From Candidatus Hodarchaeota archaeon (GTDB lineage Archaea; Asgardarchaeota; Heimdallarchaeia; Hodarchaeales; Hodarchaeaceae), in contig JAEOTQ010000161.1 of assembly GCA_016839785.1 (NCBI GenBank), positions 1 through 12,615 of the forward strand: a stretch of DNA of 12,615 nucleotides. Reading direction: 5' to 3'. The notes under the pieces were generated by a model. It saw only the letters and a list, made by a program, of their open reading frames with translations. It searched no databases and was not told the DNA's origin. Numbering within the stretch: the first letter of the stretch is position 1; each line of letters starts with the position of its first letter. This document shows, one piece after another, positions 1-7,583 of the stretch. A program made the position numbers and the translations under genes.

Positions 1-2
1 AG

Positions 3-86
3 TTCGCACGACTCGCGGAACTAAAGAAAAAGTACGATCCATCGAACTTTTTCAGTTTGAATAGGAACATCAAACCAAAATCATAA
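3..86 (+). CDS. 3' end (partial) of FAD-binding oxidoreductase with berberine-bridge-enzyme (BBE)-like C-terminal motif
   Basis: Not in the ORF track. Frame 3 reads FARLAELKKKYDPSNFFSLNRNIKPKS*, matching the RLxxxKxxYDPxNxFxxNxNI C-terminal signature of BBE-like flavoproteins. Gene begins before the window. Confidence 0.85.
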   Translation, partial: FARLAELKKKYDPSNFFSLNRNIKPKS

Positions 87-105
87 TGATGGCATTAGTT
101 GTTTA

Positions 106-342
106 TTGGAACTAGTTCTATTCTCTTTTTTTTACCCTTTTTTTGTAATTTCTGCTAGGGATCTTCATCTACTGGAGTTTTCTCCAACATTCATAGTAAC
201 AAAGGATTTGAAGATGACTGCTAGAGGTGCCACATTTGGAGACCTTCTAAGTAGAAATTTACCATCACTGGTGACTTTCTCAGTAATGTGGTTTATCGCG
301 GGTGTCAGAGTGTTTAATACTCGAGTTATGAGATCGAAGTGA
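106..342 (+). pseudogene. possible C-terminal fragment of an ABC-2 type permease
   Basis: SPTFIVTKDLKMTARGATFGDLLSRNLPSLVTFSVMWFIAGVRVFNTR resembles the P-T...RGA..xDL...final TM helix...F end of ABC-2 membrane subunits. The ORF start (TTG) lies in the T-rich terminator zone, with no room for the rest of the protein. Recognised by eye only. Confidence 0.4.
121..145 (+). terminator. oligo-T archaeal-type terminator candidate
   Basis: TTCTCTTTTTTTTACCCTTTTTTTG-type T-runs about 35 nt after the BBE gene stop. Confidence 0.4.
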
Positions 343-538
343 GGGATAAAACGTAAATGAAAATTCAAGAAGGCAAGCCAAAGGTTATCAAGTTGATTTA
401 ATCAGAGTGTGCGAGTTTCCTCATATATTTCTTTTTCCTCCCCTTTTTCTCCTTTTAATGGTATGAGTTTTAGATATATTTAATGAAAAGAATGCATGTT
501 TTAAGAAAAAAAGACATATTAGGATTCGCTTGGTTCAG

Positions 539-651
539 GTATATACCCTAGTATATACTTTTGGAATCTAAACCAGCCTTTTACGGAGTTCACGAATAAA
601 ACTATATACCTCAGTATATTCTTATGTAATCTAACCAGCATGGACAACGTT
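539..651 (+). repeat. dispersed intergenic site, copy A (two tandem units: 539-590 and 602-651)
   Basis: GTATATAC CCTA GTATATAC TTTTGGAAT CTAAACCAGCC TTTTACGGA GTT, linker CACGAATAAAA, then CTATATAC CTCA GTATATTC TTATGTAAT CTAACCAGC ATGGACAAC GTT. Confidence 0.95.
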
Positions 652-825
652 CGAGTTAATAAATTTTTATCATTTCATGAGAGAAAATGTAATTATTTAT
701 GTCTACATGAATTTTTACAGGTGGGAAGTATTAAATATATCGATAAGTAGTTTGAACTCTGAGCTTTTTGATCTTAATTTCTGTGAAAATTAGTTTCCTA
801 GAGTAGGAAAACAAGAGGGATCCGA

Positions 826-3483
826 ATGAAAACACGGAAGAAAATCCAATGGGGAAGCATTAGCTTGCTTCTTCTGTTTATTAGTAGTATGAATTTCCAT
901 CATATCAATTTTAATCCAGTTGATCTCCAAGCACTAAACACATATGAAGATGAAAGAATATTGGGGGGGAGTGTAATGACCTCAGATTATTACCCCGATT
1001 TTACGGGTAACGGAGAAGATTGTAATGTTACTTTACAGCAAACCTTGATTGATTCCTCTCCCATTACGATCTTAAACACTTCTAATCCACTTAACAATAC
1101 TATTTATGAACCCTGTCCTACTGTTGAGAATTTCCCAAGTTCATTTGTGAATATGACTATTGAAGATATCTATGCTCCCAATAAAACCTTAATAATTGAA
1201 GATGGACCTGCAGAGGACATTTCAGATGAATTAGCAACGAAAGCTTACCTAACTTCATTTGCAGCAACGAGCTCTTGTTTACTAACAAATGTTTCCTTTG
1301 AGCTCAGTATAAGTGGATCTCCTATAGTTCATGTTTATTTTTACAATTCAACTTGGAATACGACAGTGAGTCGAAGTGAACCAGATACCAGATCAGAAAC
1401 AATCTTAGCATCTGGGATACCCACCGTTACTGGTTGGTTTGAGTTTGATCTTTTTGATGTTTTCCTAAATAGCTCAAATACAAAAAACAATACATGGTTT
1501 ATAGGTCTTTACAGATCAGGAGGAGCAGGTACTGCTAGATGGCGATTTAAATATACTGGTACAGACAATTCTGAGGTCTATTGGTATGATGGTCTATATT
1601 TAACACATCTTGACGTATATTACTTATGTAAAGTGGGATTAGCTCCCTATATTTCTCCTCACAATCAAACCTTAATCATTGAGGATGGTACTAATAATGG
1701 GCTCGAATTACTTTCAGGAATGCCTGAAGCTACATCATTTTGGATCAAAGGTAATGGATATTTGGAGAATATATCTGTGTATCTAAGAAATCCAACAGCC
1801 AATACTGCAACAATAAGATTCGATTTGTTCAGTTCTAAATGGAATAGCACGGAATCGAGAAGTCAACCTGTAGGTGGTCCTTTAGGCTTTCAATTAGGTC
1901 TATTTACAATAGAGGCTTCGAGTGAAGGATGGATGGGTATTACAAGAATACATGAATTTCTAAATAATTCAAATACTGAGAATAATACATGGTTCATTGG
2001 TGTGTTTAAATCAGGAACAGCAGCTCCTGTCTGGATGTTTACCCGTGACGATGTAAATGGAGACAATTCTGAGAGTAATTTTTATAATAATACTGCTAAT
2101 AAATGGCAATTAAGACAAGATGGTTTTTATAGAACAAGAGATTATCACTTAAAAGTCGATTTAAGTTTTATAGATAATATCCCATCGAAAATCGGGTTAA
2201 AAATAAATGATATTCCCGTTACTGGGCATACTAAAATTTATGGAGCGGGTTTTTGGGTCTCAGCAGATCAATACTCTAATCTATCAGGGAACTTAAACTT
2301 CACTTTAACGGCGGATTGGTGGGATGTGTCCTGTACAATAACTTTTGTTCAGATAGTTTATGCGAAAACTGATGTAAAAGCGAATTCAGATTTCACGGTT
2401 GCAGAAAGTAGTCAAGAGGTATTATGGAATGTAACTGATGCTGAAGGATTAAATTATCTTGATCCCCGCATTAATAAAACATCAATGATCAATTTCACTG
2501 TTCCTATCAGCTGGTATAATATTAACGTGTTTAATGGAACGATAAATAGAACTGATGATATTTCATTAAGACCTCTCAATAATGGATATTGTGAAGTTTG
2601 TGTATTGTATGCTGGAACTGGAAATTGGTTTTTAACCGCCTCCTCTGTGAATCTCCTAGAATCGATTGATTCTTATAGAGGATCAAGCCCAGAAAACATA
2701 TTTAATTATTCAAACATTGTGGATTTCAATGTTAGTTTTAAAGAAACAGTATTCCAAAATGACGGGTTACTTAATTTAAGTGTTTATAGTCCAGCTCTAA
2801 TTAATGATCTTTTAAACTTTACATTGGTCAAAACTGTTTTTGGTACAGGTCAAGAGATCTCTCTCGGAGATTGGGATGTCTCAGATACTGTCACTCAATA
2901 TGGGGCCTTTCGAGTACAAGTATCTTGGTTTAATAAGACAGCAGTAGGATTCTTAGAAGACTCTCTCACCATTGTCGGAGAATCGGAATTAATACTAATC
3001 GAACCAATTCAACACGCTATATTTGATCCAGATCAGCAGTTCAATATTATTGTATATTATGAGGATATTAATTTACATAAACCAATTGATGGTGCTGTTA
3101 TTAATTTTAACATCGCAAATCAAGGTTGGGAAGCAACTACGACAACTAACGGCACAACTGGCTACTATCTAATTCCTGTGGATTGTAGTGAATTACCCTC
3201 CAGTGGAGAAAAGCGTGTGGAAATTACTGCCACCCGAGAGTTCTATTCTACTCAAGCTCTTGAATACATTTTTGAACTTAGTGAAGGTACAACCACTACA
3301 ACTACAACAACTACTACTCAATCCGATACCAGTACGAGTGCTACTACCACCACTACTACACAAACGACAACCTCTATATCAATAACGACAACAACAGAAA
3401 CAGGTACTTTTCCTGGTATATTCCTAATTCTTGTTTCTTTTGCTGCTCTAGTGATTGTTATTCGTAGATTTAAGAAGACGTAA
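826..3483 (+). CDS. large secreted/cell-surface glycoprotein with duplicated domain, Thr-rich linker and C-terminal membrane anchor
   Basis: 885-aa ORF. Basic plus hydrophobic N-terminus (MKTRKKIQWGSISLLLLFISS), many N-x-S/T sequons, internal repeat (aa 119-272 and 280-446), poly-Thr linker, then FPGIF + hydrophobic helix + RRFKKT. GAGGG lies shortly before the ATG. Confidence 0.9.
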   Translation: MKTRKKIQWGSISLLLLFISSMNFHHINFNPVDLQALNTYEDERILGGSVMTSDYYPDFTGNGEDCNVTLQQTLIDSSPITILNTSNPLNNTIYEPCPTVENFPSSFVNMTIEDIYAPNKTLIIEDGPAEDISDELATKAYLTSFAATSSCLLTNVSFELSISGSPIVHVYFYNSTWNTTVSRSEPDTRSETILASGIPTVTGWFEFDLFDVFLNSSNTKNNTWFIGLYRSGGAGTARWRFKYTGTDNSEVYWYDGLYLTHLDVYYLCKVGLAPYISPHNQTLIIEDGTNNGLELLSGMPEATSFWIKGNGYLENISVYLRNPTANTATIRFDLFSSKWNSTESRSQPVGGPLGFQLGLFTIEASSEGWMGITRIHEFLNNSNTENNTWFIGVFKSGTAAPVWMFTRDDVNGDNSESNFYNNTANKWQLRQDGFYRTRDYHLKVDLSFIDNIPSKIGLKINDIPVTGHTKIYGAGFWVSADQYSNLSGNLNFTLTADWWDVSCTITFVQIVYAKTDVKANSDFTVAESSQEVLWNVTDAEGLNYLDPRINKTSMINFTVPISWYNINVFNGTINRTDDISLRPLNNGYCEVCVLYAGTGNWFLTASSVNLLESIDSYRGSSPENIFNYSNIVDFNVSFKETVFQNDGLLNLSVYSPALINDLLNFTLVKTVFGTGQEISLGDWDVSDTVTQYGAFRVQVSWFNKTAVGFLEDSLTIVGESELILIEPIQHAIFDPDQQFNIIVYYEDINLHKPIDGAVINFNIANQGWEATTTTNGTTGYYLIPVDCSELPSSGEKRVEITATREFYSTQALEYIFELSEGTTTTTTTTTTQSDTSTSATTTTTTQTTTSISITTTTETGTFPGIFLILVSFAALVIVIRRFKKT
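3289..3408 (+). repeat. low-complexity ACN-codon tract encoding a Thr/Ser-rich linker
   Basis: Encodes TTTTTTTTTTQSDTSTSATTTTTTQTTTSISITTTTETGT. Confidence 0.9.
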
Positions 3484-3505
3484 TTTTGTCTTCTTTCCTT
3501 TTTTA
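3484..3505 (+). terminator. pyrimidine/oligo-T terminator candidate
   Basis: TTTTGTCTTCTTTCCTTTTTTA directly after the stop codon. Confidence 0.45.
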
Positions 3506-3511
3506 TGCTTT

Positions 3512-3560
3512 GTATATACCCGAGTATATACTTTTGTAATCTAAACCAGCCTTTTACGAC
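3512..3560 (+). repeat. dispersed intergenic site, copy B (single unit lacking terminal GTT)
   Basis: GTATATAC CCGA GTATATAC TTTTGTAAT CTAAACCAGCC TTTTACGAC, after which similarity ends. Confidence 0.95.
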
Positions 3561-3629
3561 AGGATATTAGGCTAAGAAAACTGAAATCTAGATCAATAAC
3601 ATCTAATGCTTGGGAACTTAGACATCTAC

Positions 3630-3635
3630 TTATAA
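3630..3635 (+). promoter_or_regulatory. possible TATA box for a leaderless nfi transcript
   Basis: TTATAA 24-29 nt upstream of the ATG at 3659, with no obvious SD motif. Weak evidence in AT-rich DNA. Confidence 0.3.
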
Positions 3636-3658
3636 GATTACATTCTTAGTAGAAAAAC

Positions 3659-4357
3659 ATGGGTTCGATAGAGCTAGAACCGTGGATAGAAAAACTTATT
3701 CCTCCAAATTTGGTAGATCACTTTAAGACTCTCCGTAAAGAACAGTTAACCATGCAAAAAAGACTGATTATTAAAGATCATCCTTCTTTATCAAAGATTT
3801 CCCTCGTGGCAGGCTGTGATGTTTCATATTTCTCCAATGGTGATGCCTGTGCTGGTATAGCGGTTCTAGAAACCCCTAGCTTAACGCTGCTGGAATATGT
3901 ATTTCATATTTACACACCCAAGATTGACTATGTCCCTACATTTCTCGCATACCGAGAAGCACCAGGCTTAGTTGTGGCATACAAGAAATTACATAATAAA
4001 CCAGATCTAATTCTAGTTGATGGAAATGGGATTCTTCACCCTCACAAGTTGGGAATTGCATCTTATCTAGGAATTACTCTGAATAAACCATCCATAGGGG
4101 TTGCCAAGCGTCTCTTGATAGGAACCTTTGATGAACATCGCCTAGCAATAAATAAGACTACTTCCATTATGTATAAAAATCTAGAAATCGGAACAGCAAT
4201 GCTTACCCATCAAAACTACAACCCAATTTATATTTCACCTGGAAATCACCTTTCTATTCAGACTGCAACATCCCTTATCCCACGTTATACACGTCAACGT
4301 TTGCCAGAGCCTATTAGATTAGCAGATAAACTTACTCGAGATACCGTGAATGATTAG
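3659..4357 (+). CDS. nfi: endonuclease V (deoxyinosine 3' endonuclease)
   Basis: Motifs VAGCDVSY, YVPTFLAYRE (wedge plus catalytic Glu), ILVDGNGILHP..LGIAS, IGVAK, PIYISPG, RLPEPIRLAD; 232 aa. Confidence 0.96.
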   Translation: MGSIELEPWIEKLIPPNLVDHFKTLRKEQLTMQKRLIIKDHPSLSKISLVAGCDVSYFSNGDACAGIAVLETPSLTLLEYVFHIYTPKIDYVPTFLAYREAPGLVVAYKKLHNKPDLILVDGNGILHPHKLGIASYLGITLNKPSIGVAKRLLIGTFDEHRLAINKTTSIMYKNLEIGTAMLTHQNYNPIYISPGNHLSIQTATSLIPRYTRQRLPEPIRLADKLTRDTVND

Positions 4358-4360
4358 AAT

Positions 4361-4390
4361 CTTTTACAGAGTTCAGAAAACTATTTACTG
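4361..4390 (+). repeat. degenerate right-half fragment of the dispersed site
   Basis: CTTTTACAGAGTTCAGAAAACTATTTACTG aligns with gaps to CTTTTACGGAGTTCACGAATAAAACTATATACTG of copy D. Confidence 0.65.
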
Positions 4391-4397
4391 TCTTAAT

Positions 4398-4419
4398 AAC
4401 TCAAAACTCGATTTGAGTT
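4398..4419. terminator. hairpin between convergent genes
   Basis: AACTCAAA-actcga-TTTGAGTT, a perfect 8-bp stem between the nfi stop (4357) and the convergent stop (4446). Confidence 0.4.
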
Positions 4420-4445
4420 GTATGTAACAGAATAAATGCTAGGTC

Positions 4446-4892
4446 TTATTTTCTTCTTCTTTTTTCCCAATGAAGTTTAAAACTACTGCTAAACAAAATG
4501 AGAATAATAAAAACAGCGATGGTATCAAATGACCCTGTCGTGAAGGTGGTAGATGTTATCTGTGATGTAGTTGATATTGTTCCCGATGTAGTTTCGGAGG
4601 AGGTAATACATACTGGAGAATAGAACAGCACTTCACCAGAATTCTTGATTACTAATAACTTAAAACCATGATAGATAGCCTGACCATCAGTTAAACACGT
4701 TATATTTATAGGAATATAAGCAAAGTCGAGAAAGGACTCTTCCTCGATAGGGGGAAATCTAATAATCACAGAAGGCTCATTCTTATCTAAATGGGTATAC
4801 CGAGTATCACGTTCAAGTCCATAAAAGTAGTTTCACCAAAGAATAGACTTGAAATTTAACAGCTCGATAATTTTTATCCCCGATTGGTCTTT
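4446..4892 (-). pseudogene. 5'-truncated remnant of a surface protein (Ser/Thr linker, TM helix, basic tail)
   Basis: The listed ORF 4446-4769 starts at GTG with no signal peptide but ends TSSETTSGTISTTSQITSTTFTTGSF + TM + KRRRK. The frame stays open upstream to 4832, has one TGA (4833-4835), then is open to 4892, the edge of repeat copy C. Confidence 0.55.
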
Positions 4893-4933
4893 CTAAACCA
4901 GCCTTTTACGGAGTTGGCGAAAAACATTTTTAC
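4893..4933 (+). repeat. dispersed intergenic site, copy C (right half plus decayed linker)
   Basis: CTAAACCAGCC TTTTACGGA GTT (4893-4915, identical to copy A), then GGCGAAAAACATTTTTAC, similar to CACGAATAAAACTATATAC. No adjacent GTATATAC boxes upstream. Confidence 0.9.
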
Positions 4934-5034
4934 TATTTTAATTTATGATATTTTTTCAATTAAACAATGATTTGGGATCCCAAACAACTAAACCTCCCCC
5001 CATTTCGCAATTAATACAAATTCTTGTCTCATTA

Positions 5035-6876
5035 TCAAGTTCTTTCAGAAATTCGTTTGGGATTTCTTTCCCACATCTTTACCAGTTTATGCGCGTTTTC
5101 TGCGTATGCTATAATTTCGTCCTCATTTTGGTAAAGTCTTTTATGGATCATCCGGTTAATCAAACCTTCCAGCTGAGTTAATTTGATCCTCTCACTCATT
5201 GTGGGTTGCTCTTCGACGATTTTTTCCCATGTACTTAACTGCTTGATCAACGAATCGTGTTCAATGGAGATAATCTTCTCCAACCTCCCTAAGTTCTTTT
5301 CCTTAGTAATTAGGTGGGCTTGAGTCAATAAATCTCTAGCTTCATGCAAGTTCAGTTCCATTAACTGCAGTTTGGATTGGATAAGATAAGTTTCTGCAAG
5401 TAACCAATAGGAGTTCTGATCCTTCGCCATCTTGAGTAGTTTATTGGTGAGGTTTTTCAATTCGTTTAAAGCTGCTTCATTACCCGTGGTTTCTAACTCA
5501 AATAATAGTAATTCGCACAAATTAATTGTTGCTTCTACAGTAAGCTCAAACCAAACAATTTTTTCCTCTACAATCTGCCGAAAGATTGATTGAGCAGTTC
5601 CCATATCGACCAATCTCCCTTGTGATTTCAGAACAATTGCCTCAGCCAGACGACACTTCTGATTAGTCTGAGCAAAACCACTTTGCTGTCGCTTGATAAC
5701 TTTTAATTCATCTAAATAGCTCGTGACTGTACTGGGAGGAAGTATATGAACAAACAGACGGATTAAGCTGTATAGGATTTCAGCTATCATATCTACATTC
5801 TCGAGTTCTCTGGCAATGCTTAAAGACTTTTCAAAACTTTCAATAGCAGTTTTAAAATCACTTTTTTCGCCATAAAAACATCCGAGATTATTAAGAGCGA
5901 TAGCGGTACCCAAACGACGCTCAATTCTCTCAAATATTATTAAGCTTTTCTGTTGATACTCAATAGTTTGATCTAGCTCACCCTTATAACTGTAAATTAT
6001 ACTGATATTGTTGAGAGTACTAGCCATGCCAAGCTGGTTACCAATTGTTTCATTTATGGTCAAACTCTTCTGGTAAATTTCATTTGCCTTATCTAACTCA
6101 CCTTTACTAAGATAGGTATTTCCAATGACTCTGAAAGAGCGCGCTAGCCCGTATTGATCTCCAATTGCCTCGCAAATAGCAACGCTTTTTTGGACATACT
6201 CGTATGCTAAAGATAGATCTCCTATCCTGATATAATACTCTGCCATAAGGCGATATGAGTTGGCTTCTTCCTGTTGGTCTCCGATTGCTTCACTAATGGC
6301 TAGACATCTCTGACTACATTCTAATATTTGATCTCGTTCATTTGTTGTTACATAATAATCTCCTATTCTTGTCAGGGATTGAGCAATACCTGCTTTGTCA
6401 TTTATTTCTTCTCTCAACGAAAGGCTTTTTCCTAAAAATTTTATTGACTCCTCCATCTTAGATTGAGTTAAAAGAATAGAACCTTTTTGATAAAAGAATA
6501 AGGCTTTTTTCTTTTTCGACAAAGGTTGATTCATCGTAAGAATTTTAACTAGTTTTTCTCCTCTCCTTATAATTTGTATTCCTGCGTTTATTTCTCCTAG
6601 TCCTTGAAAGGCCCAACTGATGTTGATAAGGGCATCGAATTCTCTTTCTTGGGCTCCAACCTCCTTACTTTCATCTAAAAGTTGTTCTGCAACGACTTTT
6701 CCATCTTTGAACTTCCCAATCCTCAAATAAAGAGTACTTTTCAGGTATCTCAAAGCTAGTAACTGGTTTTTTGTTAGTTGGTCTGATCGTTCAAGAATTT
6801 CTATCTCTTCTAGTGCTTCTTTGAATTTCGCTTGATCCATTAACTGCTCAATTTTCCCAAAATTTTGTTCAGACAA
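5035..6876 (-). CDS. tetratricopeptide-repeat (TPR) protein
   Basis: 613 aa, with repeated ~40-aa helical units such as A.SL..IG..Y...G.LD.A.E.YQKSL.I.E.IG. TTG start preceded by GAGGGT SD-like motif; alternative ATG at codon 13. Confidence 0.92.
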   Translation of the reverse strand: MSEQNFGKIEQLMDQAKFKEALEEIEILERSDQLTKNQLLALRYLKSTLYLRIGKFKDGKVVAEQLLDESKEVGAQEREFDALINISWAFQGLGEINAGIQIIRRGEKLVKILTMNQPLSKKKKALFFYQKGSILLTQSKMEESIKFLGKSLSLREEINDKAGIAQSLTRIGDYYVTTNERDQILECSQRCLAISEAIGDQQEEANSYRLMAEYYIRIGDLSLAYEYVQKSVAICEAIGDQYGLARSFRVIGNTYLSKGELDKANEIYQKSLTINETIGNQLGMASTLNNISIIYSYKGELDQTIEYQQKSLIIFERIERRLGTAIALNNLGCFYGEKSDFKTAIESFEKSLSIARELENVDMIAEILYSLIRLFVHILPPSTVTSYLDELKVIKRQQSGFAQTNQKCRLAEAIVLKSQGRLVDMGTAQSIFRQIVEEKIVWFELTVEATINLCELLLFELETTGNEAALNELKNLTNKLLKMAKDQNSYWLLAETYLIQSKLQLMELNLHEARDLLTQAHLITKEKNLGRLEKIISIEHDSLIKQLSTWEKIVEEQPTMSERIKLTQLEGLINRMIHKRLYQNEDEIIAYAENAHKLVKMWERNPKRISERT

Positions 6877-7029
6877 TTAGTTTACCCTCAGTTACTTGAC
6901 CTAACATCTTCATATCAGTTGTAATAAGAAAACTTGCTTGATACAAAAGAAGGATTCTTAATATATTTTTCTAGAAATATTCAGAAATTCTCTGGTTTAT
7001 CTTCAATTTGAATTCCGATTCTTAATAAT

Positions 7030-7049
7030 TCAGAATAGATCTAATCTGA
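7030..7049. promoter_or_regulatory. 20-bp near-perfect palindrome, candidate operator
   Basis: TCAGAATAGATCTAATCTGA, 9 of 10 symmetric pairs, in the divergent TPR / HTH intergenic region. Confidence 0.35.
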
Positions 7050-7241
7050 GAGATAATTTTGCTTAGCATCACGAACTTTTTTTTATTTATCTCAAATAAA
7101 CAATAAGATCAACAAAGACAGAAAAAGCATATGAGACAAAAGAGGAGCCTAATAAATCATATTGTGAGGAAATAAATAATTTTTCCATTTCTGTCTTGCG
7201 TCAGGAAAAGAAAAAGAATAATTAAAATCTGTTTTCGAGTG

Positions 7242-7327
7242 TTAATCCAGCCTTTTACGGAGTTCACGAATAAAACTATATACTGTGGTATATACCATTC
7301 CTATCTAAACCAGCCATGGACGACGTT
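7242..7327 (+). repeat. dispersed intergenic site, copy D (right half + linker + full second unit)
   Basis: TTAATCCAGCC TTTTACGGA GTT CACGAATAAAA CTATATAC TGTG GTATATAC CATTCCTAT CTAAACCAGCC ATGGACGAC GTT. 7247-7283 is identical to 573-609 (37 bp). Confidence 0.95.
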
Positions 7328-7583
7328 CATTTATCCAAGATATGTTATTTTAGATTACTTCCTGGACTAGATGATTTCTATCAGCATTGATGAATAATTT
7401 TAATCCAATACGTGGTAATTTCCTCTCTTTTTTGGAGCGCATTTCGTATGTATTTTGTACCAAAAATAATTCTCCTTATTATTTTAGAATATTTTTAATT
7501 CTCCTTGTGAAATTACCATTGCCTGCAATTCAGGATGTTCATAAGAATTTTATGAGTCTCCAAGCAATTGGGAATTAATCAAA

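Noticed and set aside
165-368. Minus-strand 67-aa ORF
   Set aside because: No recognisable features; antisense to the more protein-like + strand fragment
539-558. GTATATAC boxes as TATA promoters
   Set aside because: Distance to downstream starts varies widely (about 130-400 bp) and orientation of the whole site is independent of gene direction
568-590. CTAAAC...GTT core alone as a canonical attC
   Set aside because: Only 14 bp between AAC and GTT, far too short, with no L boxes
539-651. CRISPR mini-array reading of the tandem units
   Set aside because: Units are 52 bp, the 11-bp linker is identical in copies A and D rather than a unique spacer, other copies are kilobases apart, and no cas genes are present
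1665-3385. ORFs 1665-1850 (-) and 3188-3385 (+)
   Set aside because: Nested in the 885-aa gene; the second is an off-frame reading of the Thr tract
3731-3740. Reverse-strand CTTTACGGAG resembling the site tail
   Set aside because: 10-bp match inside nfi coding sequence with no flanking similarity; likely chance
4793-4810. GGGTATACCGAGTATCAC resembling the box pair
   Set aside because: Wrong spacing, about 80 bp from the copy C core, and inside the remnant reading frame; cannot be supported
4945-5181. 78-aa + strand ORF
   Set aside because: Overlaps the TPR 3' end antisense; no motifs
7387-7578. 63-aa ORF upstream of the HTH gene
   Set aside because: Composition like AT-rich intergenic DNA, with no SD or motif
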